A DNA stretch of 64,000 bases from Candidatus Cloacimonadales bacterium (GTDB lineage: Bacteria; Cloacimonadota; Cloacimonadia; Cloacimonadales; DAONDQ01). Positions 43,391 through 52,965 of the stretch are shown one piece after another (positions within the stretch are counted from its first letter, which is position 1; every line of letters begins with the position of its first letter). The notes under the pieces were generated by a model, which was given only the letters and a program-made list of their open reading frames with translations, did no database searches and was not told the origin of the DNA. The position numbers were made by a program, and so were the translations under genes. The stretch is taken from NCBI GenBank assembly GCA_963662275.1, contig OY759316.1, forward strand, positions 1,664,001 through 1,728,000, given 5' to 3'.

Positions 43391-43609
43391 ATGCCAACAA
43401 TCAAACCCATAAAAGTTACTCCCTTAGATGACTATGTACTTGAACTGACGATGTCTGATATGACGATTAAAACATTCAACGTAAAACCATATCTAAGCTT
43501 GGGTAAGTTTCAGGAGCTAAAGGACATCAGTCTTTTTCGACAGGCAAGAATCTCTTTCGATGCCATCGAATGGCCTAATGGTGTAGATATTGACACTGAT
43601 CTACTCTGA
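43391..43609 (+). CDS. DUF2442 family protein (orphan; starts with the DUF4160-type MPTI)
   Basis: Closely similar to 36697..36912. Upstream leader matches that of the DUF4160 gene at 36422. Confidence 0.8.
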   Translation: MPTIKPIKVTPLDDYVLELTMSDMTIKTFNVKPYLSLGKFQELKDISLFRQARISFDAIEWPNGVDIDTDLL

Positions 43610-43666
43610 TAGTCTGTTTCTGCCAATCTTCCATCTTAAATCTTCAATCTTAAATTCTGCCAATTC

Positions 43667-44920
43667 TTAATCAGCCACTGTCCCGCAGCATTTCTTATAC
43701 TTCTTGCCGCTACCGCAGGGACATAGATCGTTTCGACCTATCTTATCAGCTTTAGAGATAACAGGCAGTACTTGCTCTTCATCATCATCAAATTCATCAT
43801 AGTCATCAGGTTCTTCAACATCAGCGAAATCAAAAAACCGCTGGTCAGAGTCTATCTTTAGAATCCTGTATGGTTTCTCAGAAGATTTCTTTTTTATAGG
43901 TTCAATTCCATGCATTTTGTAATCAATTTCAAGAGGTGTGTGCCCTCGATTGAACCAAGTCCTAAAATGATTAGAAAAATCAAACCATAATTCTGTATAA
44001 TAATTTTTTAGTTCTAATTCAACCTTATTGATCTCCAAATTGATGATTTGTAGCGGATTCCTACCAAAGTGAAGTTCTGCAACCACGCGAGAGATAGTTT
44101 CAAGCGCAAAATCTTCCTCCAATTGAAGATCATATATCATGAATCGAGCTAACTCCATGAATTGAGGCGAGAAATTAATGCAGGAGATACCATAGCTCAT
44201 TAACTCAGATTTTGGGGGAACATATAATGGTTTGTCTTTGATTCCCTGGTGTAAGGAACGATAAGCTTCTAAAGTAACTCTGAGCACAATCTGATCATCC
44301 TTCAGAACCAGATCATTGTAGTAATGTTTATAGTTTTTCAGCAATTTCCGCAATTCCTGGTCAGGTAGAGAATCGATATTCTGTGATCTATAAATCTTGA
44401 TCAGGTTCTCGATCTCAAGTATGCCATAAAAGTTCAGGCAAGGTTCAATGTAGGAAATGAATGGCTGGATTACTTTTCTTTTAGTTTCAAGTTTCGTTAG
44501 GTTGAAAGAAGTCAGAATTGGAAGTAAATCTTCAAAAATAAAAAATTCATCCAGTTCCTCTTTATCTCTACATATTTCAAGGAAATTGCATTTATTATTA
44601 ATGATGAAGTTATTATAGAGATAGATTTCTCCATCTTCTGCTTCTTTTCGGGTTAGTGGCTTTTTGTTCAATAGCTTGAGTATTATGTGATAAGATATTT
44701 CAGGTGTATAGATGAGTATTGTCTCCAGGTTCTTGGGCTTTGTAAAATATTCGAACATGATGTTGATCTGCATTCTAACAGGTAAACCTTCCCAGATAAG
44801 TTCTTTGATAGAAGTCTTTGATTGAAAATATGCATACCTTTCATAGGATTCAAGCTCTCTCAAGTAGCTCTTTAGCCCGAAGTAATTCTTTGGTAAAGGT
44901 TTAGTATCTGATGGTACCAT
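43667..44920 (-). CDS. SEC-C motif protein (paralog 3)
   Basis: [38 protein letters not shown]. Confidence 0.85.
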   Translation of the reverse strand: MVPSDTKPLPKNYFGLKSYLRELESYERYAYFQSKTSIKELIWEGLPVRMQINIMFEYFTKPKNLETILIYTPEISYHIILKLLNKKPLTRKEAEDGEIYLYNNFIINNKCNFLEICRDKEELDEFFIFEDLLPILTSFNLTKLETKRKVIQPFISYIEPCLNFYGILEIENLIKIYRSQNIDSLPDQELRKLLKNYKHYYNDLVLKDDQIVLRVTLEAYRSLHQGIKDKPLYVPPKSELMSYGISCINFSPQFMELARFMIYDLQLEEDFALETISRVVAELHFGRNPLQIINLEINKVELELKNYYTELWFDFSNHFRTWFNRGHTPLEIDYKMHGIEPIKKKSSEKPYRILKIDSDQRFFDFADVEEPDDYDEFDDDEEQVLPVISKADKIGRNDLCPCGSGKKYKKCCGTVAD

Positions 44921-45547
44921 AACAAACTCCTTATTCCGTATAAATCTGGAAATGGAATAAATCAGTCAATTAAATTTGCTTCTTATTGGATTGAGCCAAG
45001 AAAAGGAACTCTAAATGTAACGCGGTTTGTAACGCGGTATTTATACCGTGTTCCGCTGAATTCATTCAGTTCTCTACAGAGCAGATACTTTATAAATAAA
45101 GCGATACACGGTATGGAATACCGCGTTACGATGCGTTCCAATCTTGAAGTCACAATTTGCGACCTCAAGTTGGGGTGGAAGAAGAACAACTGAACTTTTG
45201 AGAAATCCTCAATAGTTGAGGTTACAATCCAACTATAATCAGCATCTTAATGTCAGTTATTAACGAATCCTCAATAACTGAAAGAGGACAGATTCCCATC
45301 GGGAAGATAGATTCTAACACTGGATTTCAATCCGGTGAAATGTACTGAGAGTGACTCCCAATTTCCCCCTTCTTTTGTAAAAGAGGGGGATAAAGGGGGA
45401 GTTAGTTCTGCTCTGCTAATCTTCATCTGTCATCCGCACGGGACTGATATGTTAGGTTGTGCTTTGGTCGCCGGATTGAAATCCGAGCGTTAATATGTTG
45501 CATCCGTACCGGATTGTTTCTTGAACTTGAAGTCGTATATTGCGAAC

Positions 45548-47408
45548 GAGACTGTTCATGAAGTTATTCATAATATTCAATAAGTTAGAAAGTAGCAAGT
45601 TGAAAAAAGTGGTCGAAACGGTCATAATTTAACATACCTTCCAGAATTGACAGATAAGCTCTGCTAAGGACACCAAATCACAAGTTAAGCTTTTTGACTA
45701 AAATTGAAAAACACGCGATTATAAGTAATGTTTCGAAGCCGTTTCTGACTAAATGTGTAGTTAAAATCATATAAAATAGTTCTTTACAAGTTTTTTGCTA
45801 TAGCTTCAATGGCATTTGTTACCTGGTAACAAAAGGGAGGATATTATGACAAAAAAACACTCCAATTCAAGAAGCGGTAAGTGTTAGTCATGAAAGTAAC
45901 CAATACCATGTAAGTATTAACGTACCATTTTCATTCACTTTGCCTGAGACAACATCAAACCACAAGTTCTTAATAGCGTTTCTACGCTTATTAGTAGGAA
46001 TAGGCGGAGACAACCTCCTTACACTTCAGCAAATAGCTGATCTGTTTAACTACGCAGACCGCAGGAATGTACATAATTTCTGGCAAGAGTTTGAGCAGCA
46101 TGGTCATGATATCCTGGCATATTTAAGCCGGAAAGTTGACCTGCTGGAGTGTATTCCTCAGATCGAGAATTTTGTTATCAATAACCTGCTTTTACCTTTA
46201 AATGTCATGTATCAGGAGTTCATCAGCCATCATGATTTTAAAATGTCCTATACCACTTTCTGCAAATATGCTTCTCAGGTCAATTCTCTGTCTGTAGTTA
46301 AGCAAGCTCAGAAGCTTCTTCTGAAAAAGACAGTAGGCGGTGATGCTGTACATCTGCTGAAACTGCTTGCCGGTCAGCAGAATACACCTGTTATCTGTGA
46401 CAGACTCCTGGAACAAATGAAGACTGCTAAAGGCAATACATCCCATAGAACCGCCGATGCAAAGCCGTTCCATAGTCTGGAACGCAAGAACCTGTGTCTG
46501 CTGGTACATTACCTGGTTGGAAGCGGTATGAACTTCGAGACGATAGCTTTGCTGCTCAACACCTGTAAAGCTACAGTCTCAAATCTCTGGCATGAAATCG
46601 CTGACCTGCAGAGCCTGATTCTGAACTCAATCGGTAAGTGGAGCGGAAAGATCAGCATTGATGAGAAATATGTGAAGATCAAAGGTATTCCGTACTATGT
46701 CATCAGTATTGTTGATTTTGTGACTCACATCCCTCTGTTTTGTGAGTTGTATCCTGACACAAAGAAAGAATCATTCGAAGCATGTTTCAGAACCTTCAGA
46801 CAGCTCTACAGGAAAGATCCAACCCTGATTGTCAGTGATGGCAGTAAATCGTTAGCAGTTGCAAGAAAAACAGTGTTTCCAAAAGTCCATTACCAACTCT
46901 GTAAGTTCCATAAGATACGAAATCTCTTCAAAAGAATCAGTCAATGTCATCTCCCTGAAGACAGGGACAAGTTCTTTAAGAAGAGGATTATGAAAGCTTT
47001 CCGAAGAGAAACGGCGGGCGGAAGGAAAAAGGGTATCGCAAGCCTGACAGCTATTACTCCCCCAACCGCCGCCGAATACATCAAAAGCAATATCATTAGT
47101 GATTGGAGACACCTCAGCAAAGGTTTGACTTCCAATGTCTCTGAACGCTGGAACCGCAAAATCAAGAAGGTGACATCCGGTAGATTTGGACTAAAATCTG
47201 AAGAAACCACCCGCAACCTTGTGTTTTCGCTTTGGTTCAAAGAACTGGTCGATAAAGGTCAACCAATCATGCGTCAGGAATCACTTTTAGCAAGTTTAAA
47301 TATCTCCCGCATATGTCAAGAAAATGTGGATTGGTCGCACTTAGACCACTTTTTCTCTGTCACTACCAATAAGGCTGCGTAAAATGGAGGTTAATTTTGA
47401 ACAGTCTC
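45548..47408 (+). mobile_element. Mutator-like (IS256/ISH6-related) insertion sequence
   Basis: Terminal inverted repeats gagactgttca / tgaacagtctc; 8-bp target-site duplication TTGCGAAC at 45540-45547 and 47409-47416. Confidence 0.9.
45846..47382 (+). CDS. DDE transposase; RBS-led ATG at 45846 is out of frame across an A7 run (track ORF 45940..47382)
   Basis: SIDEKYV, IVSDG, QLCKFH (CxxH), TSNVSERWN. GGGAGG RBS precedes ATG 45846. Confidence 0.8.
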
Positions 47409-47500
47409 TTGCGAACTCAAGATGCTGAAAATCAAGAAAAACTTGACAATGCTTGCTTACTTGTTTACTTGTTAATATGTTAGATAAAGCAGGAGTATCC

Positions 47501-47737
47501 ATGAAAACCAAAAAGAAACCAGACATTGAAGATAGCATATCTGATTTAGCTCGAGAAGCAACTAGTGAAGCTTATAAGAAGGCTATTGATGCAGGCTATA
47601 ACGTTGCGATCCGCAAAGGCAATCAAATTGTGGAAGTAAATAAGGATGGTATCGTAAGAGTGATTAAAGAAGTTGCTCCTTTGGTTGCAGTGAAAAAAGG
47701 TACAAAATTTACTACGAATGGTAAGTCAAACTCCTAG
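47501..47737 (+). CDS. Small hypothetical protein, putative antitoxin partner
   Basis: AGGAG RBS before ATG 47501; overlaps the downstream P-loop gene. Confidence 0.6.
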   Translation: MKTKKKPDIEDSISDLAREATSEAYKKAIDAGYNVAIRKGNQIVEVNKDGIVRVIKEVAPLVAVKKGTKFTTNGKSNS

Positions 47738-48464
47738 GGTTAGATTGTTTGCTGGTCCGAATGGATCAGGGAAAAGTACTATCAAGGCTAAGCTAAGCAC
47801 TAAGTTAATCGGAATATTCATTAATCCTGATGAAATTGAAGAACAAATCAAAAATGAACATACAATTAATTTCGATACCTACCAAATTGGCATAACTAAA
47901 CAGGAAATATCTGACTTTCTATCAAAATCTTCTGTATTACAAAAAGATGGAAAGAATCTGCAATTGGATGATCTTGTTATTGAAGATAATAAGATTTCAT
48001 TTATGAAAACTGCCATTAACTCCTATTATGCTTCAGCTATTGCAGAGATGCTTAGAAATTATCTCTTAAAATCTGGTATATCATTTTCGTTTGAATCGGT
48101 TATGTCACATGAAGATAAGGTGCAATTTCTGAAGAAAGCTCAAGAGTCAGGATATCGGACATATCTGTATTATGTTGCTACAGATGATCCTGCTATTAAC
48201 ATCATAAGAGTAAAGAATAGAGTTAACGCTGGAGGGCATCAGGTTCCGGAGCGGAAGATTATCGACAGATATTACAGATCAATCAATCTACTTAGAGAGG
48301 CTATAAAATATACAAATAGAGCCTATATCTTTGATAATTCTGGTGAACAAAGTATTTTGATGGTAGAAATCACAAATGGAACAGATTGGGAAGATAAGTC
48401 CGATATTATTCATTCCTGGTTTGTGGAGACGTACAATTATTTCCACTCTGATGCAAAGAAATAG
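47718..48464 (+). CDS. Zeta-toxin-like P-loop kinase/ATPase (COG4185-like)
   Basis: FAGPNGSGKST, INPDEI, FSFESV, RV..GGH.VP, IFDNS. Confidence 0.8.
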   Translation: MVSQTPRVRLFAGPNGSGKSTIKAKLSTKLIGIFINPDEIEEQIKNEHTINFDTYQIGITKQEISDFLSKSSVLQKDGKNLQLDDLVIEDNKISFMKTAINSYYASAIAEMLRNYLLKSGISFSFESVMSHEDKVQFLKKAQESGYRTYLYYVATDDPAINIIRVKNRVNAGGHQVPERKIIDRYYRSINLLREAIKYTNRAYIFDNSGEQSILMVEITNGTDWEDKSDIIHSWFVETYNYFHSDAKK

Positions 48465-48678
48465 ATACTGTCTGAGAATTCTCTTCTCTGCTCTGCTCAA
48501 TATTCCATTTTCCATCTTCCATTATGCACGTTCTTAACTCTTCAATCTTAAATCTTTCTCGTTTTCCTTGACAAAACAATTACTATTATTCTTTTATTCT
48601 ACAATATTTACATAGTATTGAATCACATAGGAGAAACTTGAAATCGCAAATTGCGATATCAAGATTGAGGGGGGAAGT

Positions 48679-49194
48679 ATGAATGAGCTAATACTAGCAG
48701 AAACTCAAATCGAAAAGCAAATCATCGAAATCAGAGGCATGAAAGTCATCCTCGATTCTGATTTAGCGATATTGTATGGTGTTGAAACACGAGTTTTGAA
48801 CCAACAAGTTAAACGTAACTTCGAACGCTTTCCAGAAGACTTCATGTTTCAACTAACTTCAGAAGAATTTGCAATCTTGAAATCACAATTTGTGATATCA
48901 AGATGGGGTGGTCGTAGAACTCCTCCTTATGTTTTCACAGAACATGGTGCTCTAATGGCAGCATCAGTACTGAATACTCCCCGTGCTGTTGAAATGAGTG
49001 TTTACATTGTCCGTACATTTGTTAAGCTACGCAGTTTGTATTATCAGCATAAAGAACTGGCAGGTAAAATTGAAGAACTGGAAGCAAAGCTGACTACCCA
49101 TGATCACGCTCTCAACCAAATACTCAAAACTCTGAAACTACTCTTAGAAAAACCTGTTGAAGAAAAACGGAAACCAGTTGGATTTAAGAAATGA
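48679..49194 (+). CDS. ORF6N domain DNA-binding protein
   Basis: RGMKVILDSDLAILYGVET..LNQQVKRN.ERFPEDFMFQLT..E...LKSQFVISRWGGRR.PYVFTEHG. Confidence 0.92.
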   Translation: MNELILAETQIEKQIIEIRGMKVILDSDLAILYGVETRVLNQQVKRNFERFPEDFMFQLTSEEFAILKSQFVISRWGGRRTPPYVFTEHGALMAASVLNTPRAVEMSVYIVRTFVKLRSLYYQHKELAGKIEELEAKLTTHDHALNQILKTLKLLLEKPVEEKRKPVGFKK

Positions 49195-49251
49195 TCTGAT
49201 GATTACTTCTAAATCTTCAATCTACCATCTTCAATCTTACATTTTGTACCG

Positions 49252-50265
49252 TTACTTCTTCTTTTCCAGTTTCTTCACGTTTTCCACAACTTCCACAAAA
49301 TGCTTTTCAACAGGTGAAGGCTGTTCGATTTGTTCCTGATGCCATTTCTCATATTCTGTACGAGCTTTATCTATTGCATCTTCATGTGCTATCTTACCGG
49401 CATGGGTAAGAATATCACGTCCTGTAAGTTTCAGGAATTCGTCGAGTTTAGTGATCCAGTCTTTCATGTGCATGGGAATTCGATTCAAAGCTTGTAGTTC
49501 TGCAAAGTCAAGGTACATGGTCACAATTCGTTTCAAGATATCCAATTCATCCGCATTTAAATAGTTTTTCGCTACTTCTGCATCTGCTTTATTCGGAGAA
49601 TCACCAAGCCAATTTGTCATTCCCATGTTTGGTTTATCAGCGCTTGCTCTTTCATAAATGATCTCTGCTGCTGTATGACCATGACTTGCCCAATGCATCT
49701 TATTCTGCATGACTTTAAAGAATGAATGCGATACTTCTGTTTGCGGATCATAGTCTATACTGGTGGCATAAATATCCAGTATCTTTCGCCAGAAGACTTT
49801 CTCGGAAGAACGGATATCTCTGATGCGTGCAAGTAATTCATCAAAGTAATTACCGCCACCGGATTCTTTCAAACGCTTATCATCCAGGACGAAGCCCTTG
49901 ATTATATATTCCCGTAACTGCTTTGTTGCCCATTGACGGAAATGAGTTGCCACAGAAGATTTGATACGATAACCGATGCTGAGTATCATATCAAGATTAT
50001 AGTGTTTTGTAGTGTATGACTTGCTGTCGAGGGCAGTTATTAAGTAATCCTTAATAACTGAATTTGGTTTTAGCTCATGTTCATCGAAGATGTTTTTAAT
50101 ATGAATATTGATGTTTTGAACTGTAGTTTGAAACAAATCAGCAAGCTGCTTCTGATTCAGCCATATAGTTTCGTTTTCCAATCGAGTCTCAATATGAATC
50201 TGACCATCTTTGCTTTGATATAAAAGGAATTCGGTATTTGACTGTACTTTCTTTGACTCTTTCAT
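49252..50265 (-). CDS. Virulence RhuM family protein (COG3943-like)
   Basis: ETIWLNQKQLADLF, HIKNIF, YNLDMILSIGYRI.S..A.HFRQWAT, GFVLDDKRLK, RIRDIRSSEK, QNKMHWA. Confidence 0.92.
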   Translation of the reverse strand: MKESKKVQSNTEFLLYQSKDGQIHIETRLENETIWLNQKQLADLFQTTVQNINIHIKNIFDEHELKPNSVIKDYLITALDSKSYTTKHYNLDMILSIGYRIKSSVATHFRQWATKQLREYIIKGFVLDDKRLKESGGGNYFDELLARIRDIRSSEKVFWRKILDIYATSIDYDPQTEVSHSFFKVMQNKMHWASHGHTAAEIIYERASADKPNMGMTNWLGDSPNKADAEVAKNYLNADELDILKRIVTMYLDFAELQALNRIPMHMKDWITKLDEFLKLTGRDILTHAGKIAHEDAIDKARTEYEKWHQEQIEQPSPVEKHFVEVVENVKKLEKKK

Positions 50266-50637
50266 TTTCTTCCCTCCAACTAGATGAATATAGAATAACG
50301 ATCAAGGGTCCTCTATACATGCATAACATAATAAGCATTTCCCATCATAGACATGATTGGATATGCTGTTGAACAAGCTCAAGTAGCAGGGTGATTTTGA
50401 ATATGTATTTGGAAATTGCTTTTTGAAGATTTCTTGGGTTGAATTGGATTTTTACAATTTTAGCAGAGTCTTTTACCAATGGAAGAGATGATTTTCTTTT
50501 CAGAAGTTATCAAATCACTTTGAGATCAGACTTTTTGTGTATGGGCTGATATTGTTTTCAAGTATTTTAGCAAATTGCCTGTAATATTTCGGTTGTTTCT
50601 ATAATTTAGGCAAGACAATCCCGTCGGTAAAATTAAC

Positions 50638-51780
50638 TTACAGTTTACCGCCATCAAAGCAATTTGCCAAAAACAACAGCGACCAAGGCGGTGATCTTGG
50701 TTTTCCGGTAATTGAAGCATGCTGTGTCATCTTTGATTTGCAATTAGGGCAGAGGTCTTTTTCAAATTTGGGAATTACAAAAGTTTTAGCTGTCTGATTC
50801 TTGTCATTAGAATCGGACTTTGCTGGGAAAAAGCTGTTGACCATCTCCCAGACAGATTTTGCCGCCGGACTGAGAAATCCGTAGTATCTGATTTTCTGAA
50901 ATCCCTGCGGCAGAACATGCATCAGGAACTTATTGATAAACTCCACGGAGTCGACGCTTTTAAAGGCGAATTTAGCTGAACCTGCCGGCTTGTATTTAAA
51001 GGTTACCAGCCCGTCCTTTTCCCAAAGGATGCGATTGTTGGTGATGGCGGTCCGATACACATAATTGGCCAAATAAGTCAGAGCCTCCCGACCTTTTCCG
51101 ACGGGTCGGGAGTCTGTGACAAACTCTTTTTGCTGCCAGACTAGCGGGGATATCCGACCAAACAGATGCTGATTTTCCAGTCGAAGCAAATCACGGAATT
51201 TTGCCCGGTAAATCACCGAAAGAGCTTTGACCGGAATCAGGAACTTATTGCCTGCTTTTTGCCATTCCTTTCGTTCTTTATTCCAAGCTCCGCCGGGGAC
51301 TATATAATGAATATGAGGATGATATTCAAGCTGCCTTGTCCAGGTATGAAGTACCCCGGTAAAGCCTGAAACGCCACCGGCATATTTGGGATCTGAAAGC
51401 AATGTCTTTAAGGCTTCAGATGATGCTTTGAACTGAAGATCATAAAGCAGTTTCTGATTTGACAGGCATGTTTTGTGCAGTTCCCGGGGTATGGTGAAAG
51501 TTACCATGAAGTACTTAACCGGCAGCAGTTTGGCAAGCTGCTTTTCCAGCCATTTCGCTGAATCATTACGGCCACACTTCGGGCAGTGACGGTTTTTGCA
51601 GGAATGATAGGAATAATGCAGTTCCGCACATTCCTGGCATAAATAGACTTCTCCGCCCAGTTCAGGTGTCCGGCAAAGGAGAATATCTCTGATCGCTCTT
51701 AAATGGCTTTCCGGTGACTGGTTTCCATATTTTTCCAGATACTCGGACAGGTTGTTTTTGAGAATCCTGCTAAAATCCAT
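50638..51780 (-). CDS. IS91/IS801-like HUH (Y2) transposase with Zn-binding domain
   Basis: CRT..LGG, HSCKNRHCPKC, LHTW....HPHIH, YLANY, HVLP.GF.KIRYYG, PRSPP. Confidence 0.9.
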   Translation of the reverse strand: MDFSRILKNNLSEYLEKYGNQSPESHLRAIRDILLCRTPELGGEVYLCQECAELHYSYHSCKNRHCPKCGRNDSAKWLEKQLAKLLPVKYFMVTFTIPRELHKTCLSNQKLLYDLQFKASSEALKTLLSDPKYAGGVSGFTGVLHTWTRQLEYHPHIHYIVPGGAWNKERKEWQKAGNKFLIPVKALSVIYRAKFRDLLRLENQHLFGRISPLVWQQKEFVTDSRPVGKGREALTYLANYVYRTAITNNRILWEKDGLVTFKYKPAGSAKFAFKSVDSVEFINKFLMHVLPQGFQKIRYYGFLSPAAKSVWEMVNSFFPAKSDSNDKNQTAKTFVIPKFEKDLCPNCKSKMTQHASITGKPRSPPWSLLFLANCFDGGKL

Positions 51781-52653
51781 TTACATCTTATTCATCAGTT
51801 CATTGATGATTTTACATGACTGCTCTCGGGAAACGTTAGTCAAATGCACGTATACCATGGTCGCTCTAAGACTTTCGTGCCCGAGCAAGTCTTTGATGAT
51901 GATGATACTGACACCTGCTTCCAATAAATGTGTGGCATAAGAATGTCTGAGTGTATGACAGGTTACATGCTTAGGGATGCGTGTCTCCTTTAAGGCTGAC
52001 TTCAGAGCTGACCGAAGAGTTTGGACAGAAATCTGGTTCGAGGTTGTCATTCTGTTAATATCAGCCTGTCTGGTGCTTCTGCTCGGGAATAAAAGCTGTC
52101 TGTTCTGATGGGTTTTCCAATATTCCCGGAGTTCCTGATACAATTTTTCAGGCAGAGGTATTGACCTGTCTTTGTTGCCTTTGGATTGCCTTACCGTGAT
52201 GGTCATCAATTCCCGGTTGATATCGGCTATTTTAATCTTGACTGCTTCCGAAATCCTTAATCCGCATTGATAGGTAAGAGTCAGTAAGAGTCGATAATCA
52301 TAAGTATGAATGCGGGAGATAAGCATTCTAACTTCGTCTGTGGTCAGAATCACAGGAAGTTTGTGCTCAATCTTTGCCTTAAAAAAGGTAAAATCCTCTT
52401 GCCTGAAACCAACAACATGGATGAAAAAAAATCTGATGCCATAATAGGCTGATTTTAAACTCTGAGGACTATAATTCTTGACGTTATGCAGGTAGACAAA
52501 ATATGTTCTTACCTGTTCAATAGATAGTGTGCCGGGGTCTTGACCATAATATGATGCTAAAGAAGTGACTTGTCTGATGTAATTGTATTTTGTCTCTCGG
52601 GACACGCCTCGAAGATCAAGGCACTCTAAAAAGCGAACTTCGTATGATTCCAT
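51781..52653 (-). CDS. Tyrosine recombinase/integrase
   Basis: GLRISE, KGNKDR, HTLRHSYATHLLE, LGH, VY. Confidence 0.92.
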   Translation of the reverse strand: MESYEVRFLECLDLRGVSRETKYNYIRQVTSLASYYGQDPGTLSIEQVRTYFVYLHNVKNYSPQSLKSAYYGIRFFFIHVVGFRQEDFTFFKAKIEHKLPVILTTDEVRMLISRIHTYDYRLLLTLTYQCGLRISEAVKIKIADINRELMTITVRQSKGNKDRSIPLPEKLYQELREYWKTHQNRQLLFPSRSTRQADINRMTTSNQISVQTLRSALKSALKETRIPKHVTCHTLRHSYATHLLEAGVSIIIIKDLLGHESLRATMVYVHLTNVSREQSCKIINELMNKM

Positions 52654-52965
52654 ACTTACCTCCAGTTAATTTTGGGGGTAAGTATGCTTTTAGTGAGGGT
52701 TCAGTATATCAATAGTTTAAATGCATGAAACACGAGTTTACTGCGAACGGTACTGCTGCTTGCAGCTTCGTTCAACTACAAGCAACAAGCTACAAGCTAC
52801 AAGCTTCTGCAAAGGAAGTCAAGAGCTAAATTTTGATGTTGAAGTATTAGTATTCTTCTCTTTTCTGCTCAATCTTCCATTTTACATCTTAAATCTTACA
52901 TGAATGAAGCAACTCTGGAAGAGCAGACTCCTAAAGTTACAAACTTAAGGAGATAACACAATAGA

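Larger units (their letters stand above)
50368..52776 (-). mobile_element. Tyrosine recombinase + IS91-like transposase element
   Basis: Two-gene unit; candidate ends gttgaacaagc (50368) and gcttcgttcaac (52765-52776) form an imperfect inverted pair. Confidence 0.6.

Noticed and set aside
51781..52653. Integron integrase
   Set aside because: No evident IntI-specific insertion and no attI/attC pattern; it is coupled to an IS91-like transposase.
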